Source: Eledone cirrhosa
Lineage: Eukaryota
Reading direction: 5' to 3'
DNA: 64,000 nucleotides
NCBI GenBank assembly: GCA_964016885.1
Contig: OZ024741.1
Span: forward strand, 134,044,001-134,108,000
Shown: positions 1-11,600 of the stretch, piece after piece
Numbering within the stretch: position 1 is the stretch's first letter
How the letters are laid out: each line of letters begins with the position of its first letter
Program-made: the position numbers and the translations under genes
Notes under the pieces: generated by a model
The model's input: the letters and a program-made list of their open reading frames with translations, nothing else
Told to the model about the DNA's origin: nothing
Databases searched by the model: none

Positions 1-1055
1 GATTTTCAACTAATTTTGAAAATAATCAAGAATTTGGAGGAATTTAGTAAAATAACTAATTTTCTTATTATTAAGCTGGAACATAACTTAACAAAAGATT
101 TAACATAATGATGGAAGGTTTTTATATAGACATAAACACTTTAAAACAAGCAGTGTTTGGGGCATAACTTAAAGTTTTTGGATAAATATAAACACTTTAA
201 ACAAGCAGTTTTATGTTTGTAGAACCAGTGGCATTTTCAGGTGGTTTAGTGTCAAAAGAGTTGAAAAATACAATAATATGAAGCAAAGTTCTTGAGTACA
301 TTATAGACCTGCTTGGCAGTAAGAAGTGAAAAGCAATTTCATGTCAAAATTTTTACACTACATAAATTGTTTTGTAAATCCCAGGAACCTGAAAAGTAAG
401 CAAGAAATAAGTTACTTATTCTATATGTATTTTAAATTTGAAGGATAACCTAATCTTTGCAGTGTGAAGAAGTTGAAAAGGTATAGACATATGATAGCAA
501 AAGTCGGCAAAGAAATTTCAAAATTATAATGAATTATCTAAAAGAATTCAATCCAACATTGAAAAACAAATTAGTTTAATATGAAAATATATCTGAGAAT
601 TGTAATTATATGTATTTCTATGCACCATCTCTAAAGTTGTTGCAGCAATATTTGTTCTTTTGAAGCAAAGGTATTGCATCAGTATCTTTCTTCTTGAAGT
701 ATTGAGTTTTTAATAGGAAATGGTCCTGTTAATATTGTTCATTGTCTGGTAATGGATAAGGAAAAATATCCTTCTGTTTGTGAGTTTGAGTATCAAGATG
801 TTTTAATACTTTATTTAATTTTAGGCCTGCGTATGTGTGTGACAGTACATATATCTGTGTGTGTGAGACTTTATACATCTCTATTTGTGTATGTGTGAGA
901 GAGAGAGTACATATATATATATCTATATATGTACATATATGTGTTTGTGGCTCAGAATATGTATATATGTATTGTATGTGGGAGAGAGAGAGAGTGTATA
1001 TATCTCTATAAATGTGAATGTAAGTTAGAGCACATATATCTATAATTATATATCT

Positions 1056-1494
1056 TTGCCTGGTTTGTCCTCAATGTTACATCTACCCATCATATTGGTA
1101 TATTCTATACTTTCTTGTCTATATTGTCCTCAATATCATATATACACCCATCATAGTGATATATTTTGTCTATATTGTCCTCAATATCATATATACACCT
1201 ATCATCATGATATATTTTGTCTATGTTATCCTCAATATCATATATATACCCAGTGATATATTTTATCTATGCTCTCCTCAATATCATATATACACTCATC
1301 ATAGTGATATATTTTGTCTATGCTGTCCTCAATATCATATATATATATATATATAAAATAATTAAGTTAAATATGTAAAATTTGACTTAATTATTTTACA
1401 CTACTCCGGAGTAAACAAACCAACCTGCGTACTTCATCGAGTGCTCCAATCTGCGTACTGAGGTGTCAGTAAACAACCAACATATACTCAAAAT

Positions 1495-1551
<57 letters not shown>

Positions 1552-1815
1552 CATCATAGTGATATATTTTGACTATATTGTCCTCAATATCATATATATA
1601 TATATACCCAGTGATATATTTTGTCTATGCTGTCCTCAATATCATATATATATACCCAGTGATATATTTTGTCTCTATTGTCCTCAATATCATATATACA
1701 CCCATCATCATGATATATTTTTCTATATTATCCTCAATATCATATACACCCATCATAATGATATATTGTCTAAATTGTTCTCAATATCATATACACCCTT
1801 GATAATGATATATTT
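1056..1815. repeat. Minisatellite, ~45-50 bp unit (GATATATTTTGTCTATATTGTCCTCAATATCATATATACACCCATCATAGT), interrupted at ~1354-1502 by a hairpin-led insert
   Basis: Unit recurs more than ten times with a variable (TA) core; overlapping ORFs are repeat translations. Confidence 0.9.
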
Positions 1816-2454
1816 TATACAAACCTTTTGTTACACTTTAATGATAGACAATGCAAAAGGAGATAGATTTTGGTAGTTAACCATTTTGTAACCATATTTC
1901 TAATAAAATACACTCCCTGTGTGTTTCAAATAACATGAATTGGAAGGATTAAGTAAAGTATCTAACTTTGACATTACTTGGGTTTTTTTACATAAGATTA
2001 TGATGAATATAAAGAGTTTTTGGCGGTTTGGTATGAAAAGTGTTAATTCTTATATTTAGCCATATTTTATATATTAAATTATAAAAAAACTTTTCCTCAC
2101 AATTTTTACATATTCTATTTTTTTTACCTTTGATTATTGGTATGAAGCAGGTAATGATCTGTTATAGCAACAGAGGAGATTGTGCTTCTTTATAGACAGT
2201 TCTGTCTATGATTGCCTTTCAAACAGAAGAGCTTTCTCTGCTAAGTCTTGTTCAATAATACAGTGATACATTTTTATACAAGAATAACTGAGAAGAGCTA
2301 CTAAAATACTGAAATATCAAACAATTATAAATGTATTAAACAGTTTAACAAGAAAGTGGAAGAACGTTATAATAGAATATGGATGGGAGATAATTAACTA
2401 AGGCAAAACAAAGATTTGTTACAGAACAGAGTATATGTAACCTCTCACAACAAA

Positions 2455-2817
2455 AAAGCATCCAGACTGCCCTGTAAAGTGGTCATCTTGGTGACATGAC
2501 AAAAAACACCCAGACCAACCCGTAAAGTGGTTGTGTTAGTGATCCGACGAAAAGCACCCCGTCCACCTTGTTAGGTGGTCATGCTGGTGACAAGATGAAA
2601 AAGTACCTAGTCCAACCTGTCAGTAGGTCACTTTGGTGTCATGATAAAAAGCACCCAGTCCATGGTGTAAATGTTAGGAAGGGCATCTAGCCATAGAAAC
2701 CAGAAACAGTTCTGTAATAGCAAGACAGTCATCTGACCAGACTTGTCTCACAACAGGACAACTTGTCTAACCCAAGCGAGTGTGGAAAATGAACGTTAAA
2801 AGGTGATGATGATGATC
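2455..2817 (+). mobile_element. RTE 3'-UTR/tail-derived repeat with expanded ~40-bp internal tandem, ending in (GAT)n
   Basis: Contains TTAGGAAGGGCATC and AACGTTAAAAGGTGATGATGATGAT, matching the 3' UTR at 12560-12804; about 5 copies of AAAAGCACCCAGTCCACCCTGTAAAGTGGTC-like units. Confidence 0.75.
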
Positions 2818-2896
2818 TCAACAAAAGAGTGATGTGCTCAAATTGTAGAGTTTAGTGGACTGATTACTGATGTGAAATCATTATAGAACTATAGTG

Positions 2897-3065
2897 AATT
2901 GGCAGTATCGGTAGAGGGTTGGACGCCATGCTTTCTAGCATAGTTACGTCCCTTTACAGTCTGAGTTCAAATTCCGCCGAGGTTGTCTTTGCCTTTCATC
3001 CTTACGGGGTCGATAAAATAAAGTACCAGTAATTGCTGGCCTTGTGCCTAAAGTAGAAACAATTA
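2897..3065 (+). mobile_element. SINE with Nin-like domain (related copies near 6626, 23040, 23690, 24085, 24370 on +; 26370, 48110, 56865 on -)
   Basis: B-box-like GAGTTCAAATTCC followed by GCCTTTCATCCTTACGGGGTCGATAAAATAAAGTACCAG; many dispersed copies in the window. Confidence 0.75.
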
Positions 3066-3599
3066 TAGAACTATAGTAGAACTGTAAACAGTAAAGTTGA
3101 ATAGTAAAGAAGTTTGCTTTGCAATGAAAAAGTTCCAACATTGATCCCACCGTATGACACTTTGGTCAAGTATCATTTACCATAGCTTCCACTGTGTGGC
3201 ATTTTGGTCAAGTACCATTTACCATAGCCTTGGGTCAACTCATACATTGTAAGTGAAGTTGGGTTGACAGAAACTGTTTTGAAGCCCATTGAATGGATTG
3301 TACCTGTAATTGAAAGAACCAGCATTGTCTCATCATCATCACCATTTAACATCCAGTTTTCCATGTTGGCATGTGTCAGACAAGTTGTCCCATTATGCGA
3401 CAAGTCAGATCAGATGACCATGTCTTGCTCATAAAGAACTGTTTCTAGCTTGGTTTCTGAGAATTACATAAAAGGTATGTCTTTGGAATACTCAGTCACA
3501 TTAGTTTCATCAGCAGGCTGTTTAGTTGATGAAACAGCTGAAACACTAATTATTAAAAGCAATGGAAGGCCATTTAGCTTTACTTTTTAACAATACTAC

Positions 3600-3868
3600 T
3601 TATAAGTGGTCAAGTGGTAGGCAACTAAACTGGCTCCCATACCAGGCTAGGTTTCTGGTGAGGAGGGTAAATGGAATCCCAGCAGCACAGAAAACAAGAG
3701 CTGTTAAAAAGGGTGGATCAACTCCTCAGTCAACAGACATCCACCCCAACTATGGATTATAAATAGCTTCATGATGAATACAGCTACACCCCTGACATGA
3801 CGAAAACCAAACAGAAAGCAGTGGAGGTCAGCCTGGTCAGCGTTCCAATCTTGGATTGGATTGGATTT
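3600..3868 (+). repeat. Unclassified dispersed repeat ending in (TTGGA)n; second copy at ~22540-22840
   Basis: Shared blocks CCCAGCAG, CCCCAACTATGG, GACATGAC-AAAACCAAA-AGAAAGCAG and a TGGATTGGATTGGA tail in both copies. Confidence 0.6.
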
Positions 3869-4197
3869 ATAAGTGAAATACTTCAAGTTACATTTTTGAC
3901 ATTTTGTGTTTTTACTGATTTAGATATCCTTTTTCATGGCACAGTGGGCGGAGGAATTTCTTTGGAATGTGCCCTTCCTATTATTGAAATCTCACATGTG
4001 ATATATAAGGCTAAAATATGTAGCTCTTCATGGGTGGTGCCCCTCACACAGTGGATAAAGTGACGTTTGAACTCATCTTCATAGGTGGTGTCCCCCACAC
4101 AGTGGGTGCATTTGAGCTTGAGCCATTCAGTTGTTGTTAGTTCACTACTCAGTATGATGAAGTTTGAAGTTTGGCTTATTCAAAATAATCAACTTAA

Positions 4198-4569
4198 CCC
4201 ATTAGCATTTACATATATTATATTTTCATGGTAAAGGCTTTCCCTCACATAATTATCTCACATAATATCAAATCTATGAGATTTTAACATTATTTATTTT
4301 GAAAACAATACCTTAATGTTGCTATGAGGGGCCAGTTATGGCTGGTTTGAACAGAAAGAAGTGAGAGAATTCTGGCTTGATATCATCATCATCATTACTC
4401 ATTTCTACGGCTGAGTAAACTGGAGCAATGATAAATAAAGTGTCTTGCTCAAGGAAACAACACATCACCCGGTCCGAGAATTGAACTCACAACCTTTCGA
4501 TTGCAAGCCCAATGCTCTAACCACTAAGCCATGCGCCACTAAGATATGGCCGTTTTAAATGCTAAAGAG
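4198..4569 (+). mobile_element. piggyBac-like MITE with a nested minus-strand tRNA-derived SINE (~4382-4540)
   Basis: TTAA|CCCATTAGCATTT ... AAATGCTAAAGAG|TTAA; the internal segment is the reverse complement of the SINE head at 17510. Confidence 0.7.
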
Positions 4570-5869
4570 TTAACCCTTTGATTACAATTCAATAATTAAA
4601 ATTTCAGAACTCAGAAGTTTTCATTATCAGCAGATTCCTGTTAGACATTAAAAACGTCTATGTACACATTTCTTCATTAACCTTTTTGATAACAAACTGC
4701 ACTTGGTTCCACAATACAAAACTGCTTGTTTGAAAGTGTTTATTATTTATCTAAAAATACTTCAATCATAATTTTATGTAGGAACTTTTGTTATATTATG
4801 CTCCAAACACCAACTTAGAAATGATATCACTAGATCCCTCAAAATTATTTGAAAATCATAAATTCTTTCATTAGCAATATGGTAATGAAAAAATTAAAGA
4901 CAAAGAGTATCTTTCATTAGAAATATGGTACCAAAAGGGTTAAGACATAGACAGTATCTTTCATTAGAAATATAGTAATGAAAGAGTTAATGACATAAGC
5001 AGTGCCTTTCATTAGCAATATAGTAACATTTAAACTGGCCATATCCAGCCAGAATATTCTGACCCCTTTCTGTTCAAACCAGTCGTAACTAGCCACTCAT
5101 ACTGATGTTAAGGTATTGTTCTCAAAATAAATATCAAAATCTCTCAGATTCGATATTATGTGAGGTAAAGGCTTTACCATGAAAATATAATAGTAAATAT
5201 AGAGTAATGTGAATGCTAAAGGGTTAAAGACATAGGCAGTGTCTTTCATTAGCAATATGGTAATGAAATGATTAAATAGAATATTATATTTCCTTTTATT
5301 ACTACATTTCTATTGAAAAATCATTGTTTATAATTTTCAAAATATTTTGAAGAATTTAGAAATGCATCATCCCTTTCTCATTATTAAGATGGTGTTTAGA
5401 GCATAACTTAAAGCTTTTTACATAAATGATGGAATGTTTTTAGATAAATGATAAAACAAAAGTTCTTACATATGATGGAATGTTTTTAGATAAATAATAA
5501 AACATGTAGTTCTGTATCATAGAACCTTCATCATCATCATTTCACATCTATTGTTCCATACTTGCATGGGTTGGATGAGTCCTCAGTACAGCATCTCTCC
5601 ACGTGTCGCATTCTTTTGTCATTGCCTCTGTGAGCTTTAGCAATCTGGGATCATCTCTCAACAGTTCCATCCAGGTCTTTCTTGGTTTTCCTCTATTGTA
5701 ATTACTTGGCACTTCTTCACCCAGTGATCGGAGAACCAAGTGCTGTTTCAGACAGTTTTGTATGAAATGGGTTAAATATATCAGAGTAGTCCTAATCTTC
5801 CTTGTTTCAAACTTTAGGGAACATTTAACTCTATTTCTGGACCCAGATCCAACTTCAGGGGACATTTAA

Positions 5870-6073
5870 CCCTTTAGCATTTACATTACTTACATTTACT
5901 ATTGTATTTTCATAAAAAAGGCTTTATCTCACATTATATCAAATCTATGAGATTTTGATATTTATTTTGAGAACAATACATTAATGTCGGAATGAGTGGC
6001 CAGTTATGACCGGTTTGAAGAGAAAGAGGTGAGCGAATTCTGGCCGGATATGGCCAGTTTAAATGCTAAAGGG
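5870..6073 (+). mobile_element. piggyBac-like MITE (related copies ~5025-5223 on -, ~7640-7852 on +)
   Basis: TIRs CCCTTTAGCATTTA / TAAATGCTAAAGGG with TTAA duplicated on both sides. Confidence 0.85.
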
Positions 6074-7238
6074 TTAACTCTGTTTCTGGACATGTCTCTT
6101 AGATATCCTAATTTTCCTAGTTTCCAACTTTAGAGAACATTTAACTGTTTCTGGTCATGTCATTTAAATTTTCATTGAAATAGATAACTGCTTTATGTTG
6201 TTTTAGCCCCATTTGCTACAGTATTGCTTAATTATACACACAAAACATGTTTAATCCTATCAAACAAGTAAATTGAAATTTAATCTGCTTGCTGTCAACA
6301 GGAGATTATTTAACAAAAGCTGTCTACTAAGAATATCTTAATTTATCCTGCAAATTATTTTCTGAATGGAAATACTGCTCTAGTTAATAAGACATTGTCT
6401 CAATATGACTAAGCATTAAAAATGAAAAGCAGTCTTACCATTTTGACAGGTGTTAACGGCTTCAACAGAAATATTAACTCACCAAATAAGAATTTAACCT
6501 TTTTGTTACCATATTTCTGAAAACAAAACAAAAAAGACTGCATATGGCTTTCAAATTATTTTGAAAATAATCAAGAATTTGATATTTCTATCTTTCTCAT
6601 TATTAACCTGGTGTAGGGCAGTAGATTGGCAGTGTTAGTGGAGCATTGGACATGCTTTACATTCCGAGTTCAAATCCTGCCAAGGTTAGCTTTGCCTTTC
6701 ATCCTTACGGGGGTTGATAGAATAAAGTACCAGTAATGTACTGGTGTTGATTTAATCAACTTTCCCTTTCCCTAAAGTAGAAACAATTTTTAACCTGGTG
6801 TTTGGAACATAGCTTAACAAAGGTTCATACATGAACAAGTAATTTCATGTATGAAATTACTTTGGAAGTATTTTAGATAAATATAAACATTGTAAAATAA
6901 ACAGTTTTATATCATAGAACCAGGGGAAGTTTCAGGTAATTTGTTATGAAAAGGTTTAGCAAAGATTGTTTGAACCATGAAAGATATACTGAAAATGTAC
7001 AAATTGTCATTTTCTATAATCAGCCTGTCTTGGAGGTTCCATTTAAGTGCTAACTTGGTCTGTACTAACTCGCCCATCCATGACAAAATGAACGTTAAGC
7101 AATGATGATGAATTGAAGTTGACCTATGAAGCTTTTCACCTAACAAATTATTCTCTCTTGTTTTCATTTAATTTCTTTCATTAAAGCCAGAAATTTAGTA
7201 AAACAACTTCTTGTGATTCATGATGACATTTATTGTTG

Positions 7239-7283
<45 letters not shown>

Positions 7284-8644
7284 TACTCACGTGTATAGTT
7301 GAAACAGGAGGTAAAGTTCCATACAAATCAAAAAAATATAGGTGAAAAGTAAAAGTGAAAATGCACATGTGTATATTTAAAGATTATCTTTTTCTTTCAT
7401 CCAACAGAATGAATATTTTTATAATTGTTACATTAAATTGATTTAAATTCTGTCAAAAATTACCAGTTTTGACTGTATGTTAATCTTATCAAATGAAAAT
7501 GTTTGTTTTCATATTCTGTTGTCAGTTAGAACATATGTGAATTTTCCGTCCCAATTTCTTCTTGTATATATGTTCTTTGTGGAAGTGAGGTTCAACAGAT
7601 CATGGTTCAATTGATTTACAAGAAAATTCTCTTGGTTCAACCCTTTATCATTTACATTACTCAATATTTACTATTATATTTTCATAGTAAAGGCTTTACC
7701 TCAATAAATATCTCACATAATGTCGAATCTATTTTGATATTATTTATTTTGAGAACAATACCTTAACGTCAGTATGAGTGGATGGTTACGGCCCTTTTGA
7801 ACAGAAAGCGGTGAGAGAATTCTGGCCGAATACAGCTGGATATGCTAAAGGGTTGAATAGAAAATTCCTTATTTATTCACAAAAAAATGGACTAGAGGCA
7901 TTTCTTTGTTCTGTAGTGTGTGTGTGTGTGTGTATTTATGTGGAGCTTTATTGTCAAAAGGTCAAGTTATTTTCTGAGTTTATAAAAATAGTTGAAAATA
8001 GCTAGGACTTGATATATATATATGTCACTACTACCTCTGCCACTCTCTTTCTCTCTCTCATACACACACTTTCACCACTTCTCTTACCATCCCCTTTCCA
8101 CAGTGTAACAGACTTTTTATACTATTGAAACACCAGCTTAATTAAATAGATAAGTGGAAATATTTCAACTAATTTAGAGTGAGAGGTGATGGAGTGATTC
8201 ATATCTTCCTATTCTTTTCTAGTCAGTAGGGTATTTATATCATGTCATAAAAAAAATAACATAATTGGGATTTTTTGAAAATGTTAAAAAAATATAAATA
8301 TTCAGTTACATGATTAATTATTTTATCTAATAAAATTGATAATATTTTTATGAAAATTTTGTATGACAAAAATATTACAATTTTAATTAATACTTGATAC
8401 AACAAACTCTAACATTTTTTATACCAAATTGTCTGAACCCACCCCAGGTTCTATGATACAAAACTGTTTATTTAAAGTGTTTATGATATCTATATCTCTG
8501 TTGAAACACACAGCTTATGATTGTCAATTAATTCTGGAAATAATTAAGTATTTAAAGTGACTTAGTAATATAAATAAATTTATCATTATCAAGCTGGAGT
8601 TTGGAACATAACAAAGGTTCATACATAAAATTATGATGGAAGTT

Positions 8645-11600
8645 TTTTTTTCTTAACAATATTTCAATATATGTTACTATTTCAAACTCTTATTCCCGCT
8701 CCTTAATATCTCCTTCCCATCCACCACACTCTACAACATGCGGTCAAATCACCACCACCCACCCCTCTCTCTCTCTCTCTCTACCCAACCCAGATACATA
8801 TATAAGACAAAAGTAATTCACTTTCGCCAAACTTGTGGCTGTAACTTCATCCATTCATGGTTAAAATGTAATGTACTCATTTTTCCACCTCTTCTAACAT
8901 ACGCCTAACTCCGTAGTCAGCCCTTCCAACAGCATTTTTTTTCTATCCTCTTTCCATTCCCCATGTATTTTCCAAAACAAATCTCTTGTATTCTGTCATG
9001 ATTGTAAAAATACGGAGTTTTTGTCGTATATTTGCTAAACAAATCTTGTATTTTTGTTCGTTAATACGGGGTTCTCACTTAAAACCTATCTTCTCGCTCA
9101 CAACTCAACACCCCTCCCTCCCGCCCCCACACACCACCATTATTATTACGTGGACCAATCATAAGCCAGAGGCCTATACTATCGTTTACCTGGTCGCCTT
9201 CGATATGTAGGATGGAAGGACTACGGAGTTCCGGAGAGTTGAAGAGAGAAAAATCTGGACGCTCAGCGACAATGCCAAAGTTAAAGACAATCACACCTCG
9301 AGGACGAAAATGCGAGCATGCCTCTTTGTTTCAGCCGCGGATGGCTAACATAACCCCATCTCCCCACCTTTCCAACCCCCCAAACGCAATCCAAAACTTC
9401 AGATTTGGTACCTTGAATGTAGGCACCTTAAAGGGTCGCTCTAACGAGGTTGTAGAAATGCTTGAACGTAAGGAGGTCGATGTTTGTTGTATCCAAGAGA
9501 CCAGGTGGAGGGGTGGATCTGCTAGATACATTGTGGGTAGAAAACGATGCTATAAGCTTTTCTGGGTGGGAAACGACAATGGGCTGGGTGGAGTAGGAAT
9601 CATGGTAGCAGAAAAGTGGGCAGATAAGATAATAGACGTAAATAGAGTGAACGACAGAATAATTAAAATAAGACTTGTCCTCAATAGAACTACGGTGACA
9701 GTAATATCCGCGTACGCACCCCAATCCGGACTGCCCGGCACTATAAAAGACAGATTCTATGAGACACTGATGCTCACTACCTCCCAAATAACCGACAATG
9801 ACTATATAATTATTGCAGGCGACCTAAACGCTCACGTTGGACAACATTGTGACGGCTACGACGAAATCCATGGAGGCTATGGGTTTGGTACTAGAAATGA
9901 GGAAGGCTCCAGAATCCTGGAATTCTGCGACGCAAATAACCTAACTATCTGCAACACTAACTTCAAAAAACGAGACAATCACTTGATCACCTACAGATCA
10001 GGGGAACATACTAGCCAGGTAGATTATATCCTTACCAGAAGACGTGACAAAGTGACTGTCGTAAACACTAAATCCCTCCCCCATGAAGAATGCACTTCCC
10101 AACATAGACTGATAATTAGCGACCTAATAGTCAGGACGAGACGTACTAGACAACAGAAGAGGACTATCCTCAGGAGAAAAATATGGAAGCTAAAGGACCC
10201 CACAGCCAAAAATAAATTCCAAAGCATATTACTTGATGCTTTCGACAGTGAGGAAGAGCAATTAGAGACGTACAAGGTAGAGGAACAGTGGGAATTCCTG
10301 AAAGCAAACCTGCTGACGGCGGCAGACGAAGTCTGTGGCTGGAGCAGGCCTGTAGGCAGGAGGAGAGTAACATGGTGGTGGAACAGTAAGGTGGAGGGGT
10401 CAATTAAGGCCAAAAAGCAGGCTTGGAAAGTATGGCGGGATGGGGGAAGCAGAGAAGACTATCAAGTGGCCAGGAGGGAAGCTAGGAGACAAGTGAACTT
10501 CGCAAGAAGGGAAGCAGAGGAAAGAAAGTTCAAGCATGTTCTACAACGCGATGACCAAAAACGTGAGGTGTTCAGGATTGCTAGGCAATGTGTCAAGGAA
10601 AACAGTGATATTGTCGGGGAGAAGTGTGTACTTAACGATGACGGCATACTTGCCATCACCGACGCCGATAAGAAGGTAGCTTGGAAGTGTCACTATGAAA
10701 GGCTACTAAATGAGGAGAATAAATGGGAGAAAGACAGTCTCCCCCACATCGACCCAATAGAGGGACCAGCAGTGTTAGTCGAGGGTAGTATAATAAGTAA
10801 GGCAATCAAAGATATGAAGACAGGCAAGGCGGCTGGGCCTTCGGAAATAGTTGCCGAGATGCTGAAGGCATCTGGTACGGTGGGACACACCATGGTCACC
10901 CGGATAGTCAACCAAGTCATACAGAATGGGGTTGTTCCGAAGGACTGGCGCAGCAGCATTATCGTTAACTGTTATAAGGGTAAAGGAGATGCCCTAGATA
11001 GGAGTAACTATAGAGGCATTAAATTAATCGACCAGGTCATGAAGGTCACGGAAAAAGTTATAGCGCAACTAATCAGAGAGCGAATTGATCTAGATGAAAT
11101 GCAGTTTGGGTTTGTGTCAGGAAAAAGTACCACAGACGCTCTTTTCATTGTACGACAACTACAGGAGAAGTACCTAGCTAAAAGTAAACCCCTATACTTA
11201 GCTTTCGTCGACTTGGAGAAGGCCTTCGACAGAGTCCCCCGTTCCATTATCTGGTGGGCTCTTAGAAAACTAGGTGTTGATGAATGGCTTGTGAGAGCTA
11301 TACAAGCCATGTATAAAGAAACAGTTAGCAAGGTTAGAATTAACAACGAATATAGTGAAGAGTTTAGTGTAAAAGTTGGTGTTCATCAGGGCTCTGTTCT
11401 TAGCCCCCTACTATTTATTATTGCCCTCCAGGCTATAACAGTGGAGTTCAAGACCGGCTGCCCATGGGAACTCCTATACGCAGATGATCTAACGCTCATA
11501 GCTGAATCAATGGCCGAGCTAGAGAAGAAATTCCAAACATGGAAGCACGGCTTAGAATCAAAAGGCCTTAAAATTAACCTAGCTAAGACTAAAGTTCTAG

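Noticed and set aside
1056-1815. Regularly spaced repeats resembling a CRISPR array
   Set aside because: No unique spacers, degenerate tandem units, eukaryotic context and no cas genes
3500-3545. CTGATGA on the minus strand within a TTTCATCAGC..GTTGATGAAA hairpin
   Set aside because: No correctly placed helix II/GAAA/UH; simple hairpin in a degenerate repeat
8645-9211. HDV-like ribozyme in the RTE 5' UTR (known for some RTEs)
   Set aside because: I could not identify the nested double pseudoknot by eye; needs a descriptor search
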